Source: Anaerohalosphaeraceae bacterium (GTDB lineage: Bacteria; Planctomycetota; Phycisphaerae; Sedimentisphaerales; Anaerohalosphaeraceae). From it: a stretch of DNA of 64,000 nucleotides. The DNA is taken from NCBI GenBank assembly GCA_963675525.2, contig CAXXSL010000016.1, positions 640,001-704,000 of the forward strand, written 5' to 3'. Shown here one piece after another: positions 48,772 to 58,435 of this stretch. Below the pieces are notes generated by a model. The model had not been told where the DNA came from and searched no databases. It worked only from the letters and a program-made list of their open reading frames with translations. The translations under genes were made by a program, and so were the position numbers. Positions within the stretch are counted from its first letter, which is position 1. Each line of letters starts with the position of its first letter.

Positions 48772-50040
48772 TCACACACGATGATTGAGAACATCCTTTT
48801 CGTACTGCCGGACCTCGTCAAACCAAGCCATGCCGACCGGCGTACCCTGTTTCATACAGTAATAATCCCAGACCGCCGCCCACGGCAGTGATTTCAGCTC
48901 TTCAAATATAACTAACCGCTGTGTAAAGTCCATATTTAATTCGGCGGACCGTAGTGTTTCGATAGGTTCGAGCATGGCAAATAACAACGCCTTAACCATA
49001 TTGCGTGTTCCAATAACCCATGCAGCAACCCGGTTGATACTGGCATCGAAGAAATCCAGCCCGATATGGACTTTGTTGAGTCTGCCGCTGCGAACCAGTT
49101 CTTTGGCGATCTGCTGCAGCTCGTCATCAAAGCAAACCACGTGGTCACTGTCCCAGCGAACCGGCCGGCTGACATGCAGCAGCAACTCCGGACAGAACAT
49201 CATCACGGAGGAAATCTTCTCTGAGATCATCTCGGTCGGATGATAGTGCCCGGCGTCCAGACATAAGAGCTTCTGCCGCGATACCGCATAGCCCATATAG
49301 TATTCGTGTGAGCCGACGGTATAGCTTTCACCGCCGATTCCGAACAGTTTGGATTCCACCGCATCCAGATGCAGCTTGGGGTCGATCTTTTCGGCGAAGA
49401 TCGTGTCCAGTGAATCGGTCAGTCGCTGACGCGGCGACACCCGGTCGACAGGTGTATCTTTGTAGGAGTCCGGGATCCAGAAATTCGTCACCGTCGTTGT
49501 GTCGAATTGTCTGCCCATTTCAGCGCCGATCTTCCGGCAGGCAATCCCGTGTTCGATCCAGAAATTACGAATACCTTGATCGGAGTGGCTCAGCGTAAAG
49601 CCATCCGCGGCCTTGTCATGCGAAAAGTAGGTCGGGTTAAAATCCATCCCGTGCAGTTTGCCTTTGCCCCAGTCGATCCAGCTTTGAAAATGTTCCGGCT
49701 TTATCTCGTTGCGGTCAACAAATGTACCCCCGTTGTCGAGATAGCAAGCGTGAAGGTTCAGGCGATGTGTGCCGGGAATCAGCGACAGGGCCTTTTCGAT
49801 ATCACCGCGAAGCTCGTCAATCGTGCGTGCCTTGCCGGGATAGTTGCCTGTCGCCTGAATCCCGCCGGACAGTTCCGAACCGCCGACGTGCTCATAGCCG
49901 CCAACGTCATCGCCCTGCCAGCAATGCATCGAGACGGGAACGGTTGCCAGTTGTTTCATCGCTGCTTCGGTATCAACGCCAATCGCCGCATACTGATCTT
50001 TCGCGATCTGGTATGCCTGCTCAATTTTTTTCTGGTCCAT
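48772..50040 (-). CDS. rhaA: L-rhamnose isomerase
   Basis: [32 protein letters not shown] and [12 protein letters not shown]. Confidence 0.96.
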   Translation of the reverse strand: MDQKKIEQAYQIAKDQYAAIGVDTEAAMKQLATVPVSMHCWQGDDVGGYEHVGGSELSGGIQATGNYPGKARTIDELRGDIEKALSLIPGTHRLNLHACYLDNGGTFVDRNEIKPEHFQSWIDWGKGKLHGMDFNPTYFSHDKAADGFTLSHSDQGIRNFWIEHGIACRKIGAEMGRQFDTTTVTNFWIPDSYKDTPVDRVSPRQRLTDSLDTIFAEKIDPKLHLDAVESKLFGIGGESYTVGSHEYYMGYAVSRQKLLCLDAGHYHPTEMISEKISSVMMFCPELLLHVSRPVRWDSDHVVCFDDELQQIAKELVRSGRLNKVHIGLDFFDASINRVAAWVIGTRNMVKALLFAMLEPIETLRSAELNMDFTQRLVIFEELKSLPWAAVWDYYCMKQGTPVGMAWFDEVRQYEKDVLNHRV

Positions 50041-50074
50041 GTGTTTATTCTCCTGCAACTTTTGAGTTGATTGA

Positions 50075-50479
50075 TTATTCTTCATCGACGGGAAATCCCA
50101 TCGTTGACAAAAAAGCCATGTTCTTCTGCGTTGTATCCAGCCGAGACATTTGAACAACAACAGGCTCACTGCTGTTGACAATCAACGAATACGGCTTTCC
50201 TCTCGGGATGGCCGGTTGCCCATGCATTTTAAGCTCATCCATTCTTAAATGGCAACTTCGTTGTGCCGTAACGCAAACATCTTCCACAAATACCGGGTCG
50301 TCATCTTCAAAATAGATCGACAGCGTGATTTTCACGTCATTCGGCCCGGTATTTAAAACGCAGATACATTCGTGCGACAGATAGCCGCTTCGATTCTGCT
50401 TGTCGTTATCCGTAATTTGAGGGATATAACCATCGGGGACAATCCAGCATGTCCTGCCAAACGCTTTCTTTGTTTTCAT
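50075..50479 (-). CDS. Sensory rhodopsin transducer (ASRT)-family protein
   Basis: [27 protein letters not shown] and [11 protein letters not shown]. Confidence 0.82.
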   Translation of the reverse strand: MKTKKAFGRTCWIVPDGYIPQITDNDKQNRSGYLSHECICVLNTGPNDVKITLSIYFEDDDPVFVEDVCVTAQRSCHLRMDELKMHGQPAIPRGKPYSLIVNSSEPVVVQMSRLDTTQKNMAFLSTMGFPVDEE

Positions 50480-50498
50480 AAGTCTTCTCCGGTTTCTG

Positions 50499-51968
50499 CT
50501 AAATATTTTTTAGTTTCATAAACCGGTCATACTGCTGATCCCAAACCAATGTATCGCGCGGCTGATAGGTTTCCATTGGAAAGGACTGGCGAATGATCTG
50601 CCGTCCCTCAGCAAGCGATCCGATGTGGCCCATGCCGATAGCCTGCATGATAATGTTGCCGACAACGGTTGCTTCGACAGGTCCGGTGATGACCGGCACG
50701 CCCGTAGCCTCAGCGGTCAGTATGTTCAGCAGCTTGTTCTGTGTGCCGCCGCCGACAATATAAAGCTTATCAAATGTTGTGTTATAGATTTCACAAAGCT
50801 GATGCATGACCAGCCGGTACTGCATGGCTAAACTTTCCAAGCAGCAGCAGATATAAGCCCCTTTCGAGGCGGGAACGGGTTGGCCCGTTTGCCGGCAAAA
50901 GTCCGCGATGGCTTCGGTCATTGAAAGCGGGTTCATAAACACATCCCGATCCGGGTCGATCAGGCTGACAAAAGCGGGTGCTTCAGCGGCCAGTTCGGTC
51001 AGTGTGCCGTAATCGGTATCGTCGCCAAACGCCGCTCGGCAGCGCTGCACCAGCCATAATCCCATGATATTTTTCAAGAACCGGATGGTATTAAAAACAC
51101 CGCCTTCATTGGTGAAGTTGTATTCAAATGCCTTCGGCGACGAAACGGGACTTTCAGCTTCGATACCCATCAACGACCATGTTCCGGAGCTGATGAACGC
51201 CCAGTTTTCTCCTTCGGCCGGAACCGCCGCCACAGCGGATGCCGTATCATGGGTTCCCGGAGCGATGACCGGCACCGGCCCTAGGCCGGTGATTGTCTGC
51301 AATTGTTCGGTCAACGGGCCGATGACAGTGCCCGGCGTGATCAGGTTGTGCATGATCTCCGTCGAAACACCGATGGCTTCAAACAATTCTGTATCCCACG
51401 TGCGGGTTTTAACATTCAAACCCTGCGTGGTTGAGGCATTGGTATATTCGTTGGTGATCTTGCCGGTGAACAAATAATGGAAGTAATCCGGGATCATCAG
51501 GAAATGTTTGGCGTTCTTTAAGGCTTCGCTTTTTTGTTCGGCCATCGCCAGGAGCTGATAGATGGAGTTGAACTTCATAAACTGGATGCCGGTTTTATCA
51601 TAAACCTTTTCGGCCGGCATCCGCTTAAAAAGCGTTTCCATCATCCCGTTGGTCCGGTCGTCACGGTATGCAACAGGCAGTCCCATCAAAGACTCATCTT
51701 CTGCCAGCAAAGCAAAATCGACGCCCCATGAATCCACGCCGATACTTTCGATCGGCACATCTGACTTGGCACAGATCTTGAACGCTTCGATCATCGCTTC
51801 ATATAGACGGATCAGGTTCCAGTGATAATGGCCTCCAATCGGAACCATGCCGTTCGGAAAACGATTGATCTCTTCCAAATGCAGTTTGCCGTCTGCCAGA
51901 ATGCCTTTTACAACACGCCCGCTTTCAGCTCCCAGATCGATGGCGGCGTATGCGTGGTTTTGTCCCAT
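50499..51968 (-). CDS. rhaB: Rhamnulokinase
   Basis: AIDLGAESGR, DSWGVDF, HDTASAV, SSGTWSL and NEGG. Confidence 0.95.
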   Translation of the reverse strand: MGQNHAYAAIDLGAESGRVVKGILADGKLHLEEINRFPNGMVPIGGHYHWNLIRLYEAMIEAFKICAKSDVPIESIGVDSWGVDFALLAEDESLMGLPVAYRDDRTNGMMETLFKRMPAEKVYDKTGIQFMKFNSIYQLLAMAEQKSEALKNAKHFLMIPDYFHYLFTGKITNEYTNASTTQGLNVKTRTWDTELFEAIGVSTEIMHNLITPGTVIGPLTEQLQTITGLGPVPVIAPGTHDTASAVAAVPAEGENWAFISSGTWSLMGIEAESPVSSPKAFEYNFTNEGGVFNTIRFLKNIMGLWLVQRCRAAFGDDTDYGTLTELAAEAPAFVSLIDPDRDVFMNPLSMTEAIADFCRQTGQPVPASKGAYICCCLESLAMQYRLVMHQLCEIYNTTFDKLYIVGGGTQNKLLNILTAEATGVPVITGPVEATVVGNIIMQAIGMGHIGSLAEGRQIIRQSFPMETYQPRDTLVWDQQYDRFMKLKNI

Positions 51969-51984
51969 CCGATATCTCCCTCAA

Positions 51985-53058
51985 CTAATTTTCCATTTGT
52001 TTTTTCCGGTATGATTCCACTTCCCAGTTTTCAATAAATTCACGCGCCCCGTCAGTCATGTAGTCGATCCCGCCAAAGCCTTGAGCCAGTTTTTGCACCA
52101 GCGCGCCGTCCTGTGCCAGTTCAAGCGATAATCCTGCACCTTTTGCATTTTCCGCAACACCAAAAATACAATCGGCAAAAGCGATCACCTGCGGCAAATA
52201 CCCATGTTTAGTCTTAAAATCAGCAATCCCTGAAACCGTCGGTTCACCCTCAAACGGGTACGACTTAGAATAGACAATATGATCGGGAGAAATCGGCCCT
52301 GTTGCATAATCAAAAGCGCCGGATGCGGCGATGCACAAATCGGGGTTCTGCATAGCATCGCGAATGGTCTGCTCGGCAGATTCAATTTTATTCTCAGGTA
52401 ACGGTGCAATGTCCAGTTCCGTTGAAATCCCGGCTTGATCATAATGGGCTTTCAGCCTGGATTGAATGTCAGCATAGATCGCTCGAATATCCTCGGGCAT
52501 ATCGGCAGCGACAAAAACTCCGTGATTCTTCAGCAGAATGACTTGCGGCTGTTTACCGTTGACCTTTTCGTAATCCTGTATTTCTTTTCTGACCCGCATA
52601 CAGAGTGTATAACCGGGATCAATATAGCCCAGCCAGAGAGCTTGCGGAAAGAGTTCTTTGGCCGCCGCTTTCCCGTTTTTCGAACACGTCATCCCGTTGA
52701 CAACAGCCGGATGTGTATGAACGACATAACGAGCCTGCAGTGAATCATGCAAGGGTGCCTCAACAGAGGCACGTCCCGAAGTATCCGGCAGGACAGACTG
52801 CTCCATCATTCGCTTAACAAGGGCTTCACGCCCCGAAGAATCTGCCGGCGGCTCAATATGATACAACTCAGAAAGCTTTTTTCTGTCAATCGCAACAAAA
52901 GCCTCAGGGGTTAATCCCGCAAGCGTTGTTCCGGAGGGTTTAACCCAAAGTGTGTGTTCGTCTTTGCAGGAAGTATTGCCGCCGCCGCCGCGAACAAAAT
53001 CATCTGATCCGAATTCATGTGATAACTGGGTAATTGTATGCAAAATACTCAAAACCAC
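51985..53058 (-). CDS. Class II aldolase (probable rhamnulose-1-phosphate aldolase, RhaEW N-domain type without the SDR domain)
   Basis: GGGGNTS.K, ASVEAPLH, VHTH, NHG, PDH and WEVESYR. Confidence 0.82.
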   Translation of the reverse strand: MVLSILHTITQLSHEFGSDDFVRGGGGNTSCKDEHTLWVKPSGTTLAGLTPEAFVAIDRKKLSELYHIEPPADSSGREALVKRMMEQSVLPDTSGRASVEAPLHDSLQARYVVHTHPAVVNGMTCSKNGKAAAKELFPQALWLGYIDPGYTLCMRVRKEIQDYEKVNGKQPQVILLKNHGVFVAADMPEDIRAIYADIQSRLKAHYDQAGISTELDIAPLPENKIESAEQTIRDAMQNPDLCIAASGAFDYATGPISPDHIVYSKSYPFEGEPTVSGIADFKTKHGYLPQVIAFADCIFGVAENAKGAGLSLELAQDGALVQKLAQGFGGIDYMTDGAREFIENWEVESYRKKQMEN

Positions 53059-53242
53059 GCCCTTAACTTAAGTATTCACAATGATTGGCGATTCGCCGAA
53101 ATTATAACCTAATTAAAAGCAAGAAAAAGCCCTATTATGCGACAATATATTGTTTTTTTTGCGTCACTTCCTCTTGATTTTGCCTGTACAAACACATAGA
53201 GTGTTAGCTTGAAAAACTCTGTTTCAATAATGAAAACAAATA

Positions 53243-54181
53243 ATGAACGAAAAAAATGACAATTTTTTCACCTATTTGCCCATCAGCGAGAAAAATATGC
53301 GATGGGACCTGTACCTGACAGGTGTTGGGGTCGCAACGTTATCACCGGGAACCGTTTATCCGCCCAAAGGTCACCCCAATATATACCATTTCGATTGGGA
53401 AACAGGACGTGTGCTTCCCGAATACCAAATTCTGTTAATTGCAGAAGGACAAGGTTTCTTTGAATCCTCCAAAACGGAAGGAACAACGGTGCAGGCCGGC
53501 AATATTATCTTGTTATTTCCCGGTATTTGGCATCGATATCGGCCATTAAAGAACTCCGACTGGAAAGAATACTGGCTCAGCTGGAACGGGGAGCGATTGT
53601 ATCGGTTGCTGAAAAAAGGGGTATTGAACGCAAATCAAGCCGTCCTTTCCGCTGAGCATCCGGGCAATATCCGTGCGGCTTTTGAACGGATATTGGACCA
53701 TGTTCATGCACACCCGGCCGAAAATTCCAATGTTTTGAGTGCCTACGCAATGGAAGTATTAACGCTGGCCATGGAAAATAGTGAGGCCAAAGAAGTCACA
53801 AAAGACACCGTCGTCCCCCTGGAACACGCACATTCCGCAGATGATCCGATCGTGTTTAAGGCTTTGCAGATTATCTGGAATCACAGTTACCGTGATTTTC
53901 GAGTGGATGATATTGTGAACCTGTTGCCGGTATCGCGGAGAACACTGGAACGGAAATTCCAGCAAACCGTCAAGTATCCAATCCGATTTGAAATAACACG
54001 ATGTCGAACCGAAAGAGCTAAACATTTATTGGCCAATACCACCCTTCCGATCAAACATATTGCCTTTTCGGTCGGCTTTTCCGGAACGGAGCGGATGGGC
54101 AAAGTCTTTCAGCGGGAATTCGGCATATCGCCAAGTCAATATCGAATGAACTTTCACCATTCCCATCGGGAGAACGACTGA
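53243..54181 (+). CDS. AraC-family transcriptional regulator
   Basis: Cupin FPGIWHRY; HTH SRRTLERKF; IAFSVGF...SPSQYR; divergent from the rha operon. Confidence 0.93.
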   Translation: MNEKNDNFFTYLPISEKNMRWDLYLTGVGVATLSPGTVYPPKGHPNIYHFDWETGRVLPEYQILLIAEGQGFFESSKTEGTTVQAGNIILLFPGIWHRYRPLKNSDWKEYWLSWNGERLYRLLKKGVLNANQAVLSAEHPGNIRAAFERILDHVHAHPAENSNVLSAYAMEVLTLAMENSEAKEVTKDTVVPLEHAHSADDPIVFKALQIIWNHSYRDFRVDDIVNLLPVSRRTLERKFQQTVKYPIRFEITRCRTERAKHLLANTTLPIKHIAFSVGFSGTERMGKVFQREFGISPSQYRMNFHHSHREND

Positions 54182-54191
54182 AGTTCTAAAC

Positions 54192-54713
54192 TCAATATTC
54201 AAGAAAACTTCTGCCCTGAGAATCTGTACCCGATTTGCTGAGCTTTATGGTGGCGGTTTCTTTCTGATACAGCCAGCCGACATTGGCATCGTTGCTTGCC
54301 GTCAGATACCCTTCAAAATCCGTAGAGGTTCCGGTGCTGTAGGGAACATAGATAATCGAGGTCATGTCATTAAAGGGGTTAGCGGGCAACTTCAGAAGAT
54401 AGGGCCCATAAACGTACGCGCCCGCAGGAACACGGGAAGAAGAGGCCATTCCCGTCGCAGCGCTGGTGCCGATAAACTGGAATGTAAGTGTGCTTGTGGG
54501 CGCCTGCATTGTATTGATATAGCCGGGTACTAACCCGTTGTGCTGGAGTTTATAAAGACCGATCTGAGACCGGAACACTTGAAGTGAACTTTGAGCTGCC
54601 GCTTCGCGGGCCTGAGTAATATGGTCCTGAAACGAGGGAAACGCCAGTGCTGAGAGGATTCCCAGAATCGCCACAACGATCATCAACTCCACTAGCGTAA
54701 AACCTTTTTTCAT
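54192..54713 (-). CDS. Type IV pilin / GspG-like pseudopilin
   Basis: KGFTLVELMIVVAILGILSALAFP; GPYL.KLPANPF. Confidence 0.9.
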   Translation of the reverse strand: MKKGFTLVELMIVVAILGILSALAFPSFQDHITQAREAAAQSSLQVFRSQIGLYKLQHNGLVPGYINTMQAPTSTLTFQFIGTSAATGMASSSRVPAGAYVYGPYLLKLPANPFNDMTSIIYVPYSTGTSTDFEGYLTASNDANVGWLYQKETATIKLSKSGTDSQGRSFLEY

Positions 54714-54964
54714 GAGTATCCCCTATTTTCAGCCTAAATGGAACGACCCTCTAAAAAGTGCTTTTTTAACAAAAATTAAGAATGATTTCATATTTATACA
54801 TTTAAAGTATACACTATTTTTACTAAAAATCAAGTATATTAATAAAATATTAACAAAATATTAAAGAAGTAGTTGCATTTTCCTCAATCCGGTGTATATT
54901 TTAATAACGTGAAATACACCTGTTAAATTAAAAACTTTATAAGTCTTGTATCAGGGGAATAACG

Positions 54965-56146
54965 ATGAATACTCAAAACACCAAAAAAAGAATTGCTCTT
55001 GCGGCAATCGTCCTGGTCTGTTGCGGCTTCCTTTTCGCAGACGAATATTATGCCGGCGGGGTCACGGTGGATATTAACCGTGATGTGCTGGGCTATCTCT
55101 GGGTTGAGGACGCCACCGTTAATTTGTTCGAAAATGCCCATATTGTCAACGACGCCTTTTATGGAGACATTTATGCCACATCCGGCTCGGTGATCAATAT
55201 TTATGGCGGCCAGATCGACGGATACCTGTTTATCACAACCTCGGAAAACGGTATGCCCGAAGCACAGGTCACGGTTTTTGGCACCGAGTTTTCGGTTGGT
55301 GGCGTGCCTGTTGATCCTGGCGCAACAGAGTTATTCCTCCAGGGGCAGGAACTGTCCGGCGTGTACGCTGATGGAACGCCTTTCGCACATCTGGTTGATT
55401 GTGCGGTCACCGCCAATTTTTATCTGACGGTTAAGCTCGGCTGGCTGGAAAGTGCGGCCAAGATCGAAATCGACCAGACGGACGTTGATTTCGGCCAGGT
55501 GGATATCGGCGACACACAAAGCGCCTTTGTTACCGTTTTCAATACGGGTAATGCAAATATGACACTGCAATCGGTTTCCATCCTGCAGGATGACAATGTT
55601 CAGTTTGGCTTTGTGCCTCTGCAGCAGCTGCCCGTGACGATTGAGCCTGAGACAGCGATCGAGATCGAAGTCTTGTTCAGCCCTGTTGCCGAAGGCACCG
55701 CTGAAGCGGTATTGCAGATTGCCAGTGATGACCCCGATCAGGCCGTGGTGGAAGTCAATTTAATCGGCGAAGGAATGCGGGTTGTTATGACCGCCGAAGA
55801 GCAAATTGATATGATCATGAAATACTACGCAACGTCGCTGCAAGACGGAACCATCACAGGCGTCGGAGATCGTCGTGCAGCTTGGAGAAAAGCGATGGCT
55901 TTCGGCAAGACTCTGCTTCTGGCAAATCGACTGATTGGTGCCGGATATGATAGTCAAGCTCTGAAAATAGTGCAGGTCGCGCAAAAGCAGTGCAGCCACG
56001 AAAAGTTGATTACCGGCGAGGGCGTTCCTGTCCTCAGCGAAATGCTTGATGAACTGATCGCCACGCTCAATGAATCAATCGAACCCAAACCCCAATGGCA
56101 TCGTTATCATCGCAATTGGGGGAAAAATCATAAGAACAAGAAATAG
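54965..56146 (+). CDS. Secreted protein with an Ig-like (choice-of-anchor D/ASH-like) domain
   Basis: Signal peptide; DFGQV.IG...NTG...F.P...L.I.SDDP...V.L.GEG pattern. Confidence 0.75.
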   Translation: MNTQNTKKRIALAAIVLVCCGFLFADEYYAGGVTVDINRDVLGYLWVEDATVNLFENAHIVNDAFYGDIYATSGSVINIYGGQIDGYLFITTSENGMPEAQVTVFGTEFSVGGVPVDPGATELFLQGQELSGVYADGTPFAHLVDCAVTANFYLTVKLGWLESAAKIEIDQTDVDFGQVDIGDTQSAFVTVFNTGNANMTLQSVSILQDDNVQFGFVPLQQLPVTIEPETAIEIEVLFSPVAEGTAEAVLQIASDDPDQAVVEVNLIGEGMRVVMTAEEQIDMIMKYYATSLQDGTITGVGDRRAAWRKAMAFGKTLLLANRLIGAGYDSQALKIVQVAQKQCSHEKLITGEGVPVLSEMLDELIATLNESIEPKPQWHRYHRNWGKNHKNKK

Positions 56147-56160
56147 AATCCAATGACACC

Positions 56161-56193
56161 AAAAAAGGCGAGGTCGCAAACCTCGCTTTTTTT
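56161..56193. terminator. Bidirectional rho-independent terminator
   Basis: A6-GGCGAGGT-loop-ACCTCGC-T7 between convergent genes. Confidence 0.85.
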
Positions 56194-56271
56194 ATGCGCC
56201 GGCCGGAGGACAACAGAAAGCTATAACATTGGGAATAACACAACATATATTTTTTCAGGACAAGTCGTCTC

Positions 56272-57171
56272 TTACTTTTTCTGTAAAAACCCAACGGTTG
56301 ATTCCATGATGCGCTGCTGAAGTTTATCGGCACCCTTTTGAGCATTTTGCTGTTGCAGGTCGTTGAAATTGGCCTGACAAAAATGACAGCCCAGCACATT
56401 CAAATGAAAGTCAACATACTGCTGCCAGTCCGGGCTCAGCGTTTTTAACAAAAACGCCCCGATCGTACTCCGTTTCGGACAACTTGGTCGATGCTGCTGC
56501 CAAATCTGCGCCAACAGCCCCTCCAGATCCGCTTCGGAAAGCTCTGCGGCCTCGACCGTCGCCAGTTCACTTTGAAACTGTTTGATCCATCGGTGCTTGA
56601 GAACGCCGACTTTGCCCGGATCCATTTTTAATGTCGAGGCAACGTCGGAATTCGACAGTTGACAATAAAAGATAAGCTCCATGGTTTTGAGATGCTCAAA
56701 ATTCAGGGTCTCTTTCATTTTTTCAAGCAGCCGCAGGATCGCGCAGGCGATGGACTCAAACAGCTTCTCCTTTTGTTCGTCCCGCCGGGCGTATGAACTG
56801 GCTGTCGGTTCGGACCCCTGAAAACCCGATAAATAATCTGACTGTTCCGCAGCGCCGCTATGGTACATATCCTGGATCAGGCCGACCCGCAAGGTCTTTT
56901 TTCGCCGATAATTATCGATGATCTTCCTGCGCAGGATAGTAAACAGAAAACTCTCCACGCTGCTTTCCGCCCGGTACGTGTGCAGGGCGCGGATGAAATT
57001 GACAAAGACCTCCTGGACCATGTCTTCGGCATCCGCCGACTGGCCCATCTGCTGGCGCGCATACGCAAACAGTCGGCCGTGGTAGCGCGCTACAAACTGC
57101 GACCACGCCCGATCGTCGCCCTGCCGAATTTGATCCAGCAGGTACAGTTCGGCCTGTGTCATTTCGCCCAT
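56272..57171 (-). CDS. ECF sigma factor with a C-terminal zinc-finger (ZAS-like) extension
   Basis: DAEDMVQEVF and FLFTILRRKIID; C-terminal CPKRSTIG...HLNVLGCHFC. Confidence 0.88.
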   Translation of the reverse strand: MGEMTQAELYLLDQIRQGDDRAWSQFVARYHGRLFAYARQQMGQSADAEDMVQEVFVNFIRALHTYRAESSVESFLFTILRRKIIDNYRRKKTLRVGLIQDMYHSGAAEQSDYLSGFQGSEPTASSYARRDEQKEKLFESIACAILRLLEKMKETLNFEHLKTMELIFYCQLSNSDVASTLKMDPGKVGVLKHRWIKQFQSELATVEAAELSEADLEGLLAQIWQQHRPSCPKRSTIGAFLLKTLSPDWQQYVDFHLNVLGCHFCQANFNDLQQQNAQKGADKLQQRIMESTVGFLQKK

Positions 57172-57219
57172 CGTTTTCCCTAAATCCCCCCCCCGTTTGA
57201 TAACAACGATTGTACTCGA

Positions 57220-58413
57220 TCAGGCATGGAACATCAATAAAACAAATACCATAACGGCACCAATCGCCACAATCGCGATCACAACCGAATAATACCCCTT
57301 GGTCAACGCATTAACAAGCATCGAAAGAACACCGATCAGCAGAATCATTCCGACCAGCGAAACGATGTGCCAGAGCCATGTTCGTCTAACCTGCCGGATA
57401 ACAACAACCTTATTTTGCCGTAATTGGTGCAACCGTTCCGGCGAGACATCCAGCAACACCGCCGCACGCCAGATCGGACCGGCCAGGCCCTGGAGACGCT
57501 GGGTGTATTCATCGACGAGGAATTCGTAGTCTCGCAAGTCGCTGTCCTGAACGTCTTGCAATCCGACCTGCTCGGCCAGATACTGCCGAGCCGCTTCGGC
57601 GACCTGCCCAAGAGCCTGTTCCTTCGTAACCGCTGTCTCTTTTGAAGCGATCACCGCCCATCGGTGCCCAACGGCAGTGGAATGAAATTTCTCGGTATCA
57701 TAAAGCCAGAGCCGATGCTCAAATTCAACCTGTTTGGCATATTTATTATCTGCTGTATGAACCACGGCCTGCAGAACCCCCCGGCGGCCGGCCTGTAGTA
57801 ATTGGAACGTGCGGGCAACGATGTGGGCAACGTCGGCATTCTGTATTTCGGGCGTTTTGATTTGAAGACTTTCGTCGTCTTTGAGTTGCAATGATATCCA
57901 AACTTGCCCTTCGGGTGCTTCTGATGCAATCACAATGTCAACATCCGGCAGGATAAATTTTAATCCGCGCCGCAGTTGCTCCAACAGATCGATCTCAACA
58001 CCGCCGTTGTCTTCAACGATCACGATCCGCTCGGGCGGCTGACCCAAGGCCGCAATTGTTTCCTGCAATTGTAAACCCAAACCGTAAGCCGCTATTTCCG
58101 TTCCGGAATAAACGTCGGGCGTCAGTTCCTCTTCTAACCCCTCGCGCCAGACGACATCACTTTTGACGATGTGCAAGGATGCTCCCTGCGACACGGATTC
58201 CGCTGCCATCACGTTAGGCGGCACAACGTCATGAGTTGCAACACGCATACGCATGGAAAACAAACCAAAGAGGCCGATCACCACCAGCAGTAAAAGAATC
58301 CCAAAGAAACACCTCACCGCCGGGCCGCCTTTGACCAGAAGGATAATGAACCCCACAAGCAGTGCCAGGGCGATCACTAAACCGGGTATTAACATGATAA
58401 ATGTAAGAGCCAT
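57220..58413 (-). CDS. Membrane protein (2 N-terminal + 2 C-terminal TM, extracytoplasmic loop)
   Basis: Hydrophobic segments at both ends; within the kinase-ECF operon. Confidence 0.75.
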   Translation of the reverse strand: MALTFIMLIPGLVIALALLVGFIILLVKGGPAVRCFFGILLLLVVIGLFGLFSMRMRVATHDVVPPNVMAAESVSQGASLHIVKSDVVWREGLEEELTPDVYSGTEIAAYGLGLQLQETIAALGQPPERIVIVEDNGGVEIDLLEQLRRGLKFILPDVDIVIASEAPEGQVWISLQLKDDESLQIKTPEIQNADVAHIVARTFQLLQAGRRGVLQAVVHTADNKYAKQVEFEHRLWLYDTEKFHSTAVGHRWAVIASKETAVTKEQALGQVAEAARQYLAEQVGLQDVQDSDLRDYEFLVDEYTQRLQGLAGPIWRAAVLLDVSPERLHQLRQNKVVVIRQVRRTWLWHIVSLVGMILLIGVLSMLVNALTKGYYSVVIAIVAIGAVMVFVLLMFHA

Positions 58414-58435
58414 TATTTAACTCCAAATACGGACG

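Noticed and set aside
50075..50479. Light-sensing system implied by the ASRT name
   Set aside because: No rhodopsin or retinal genes in the window
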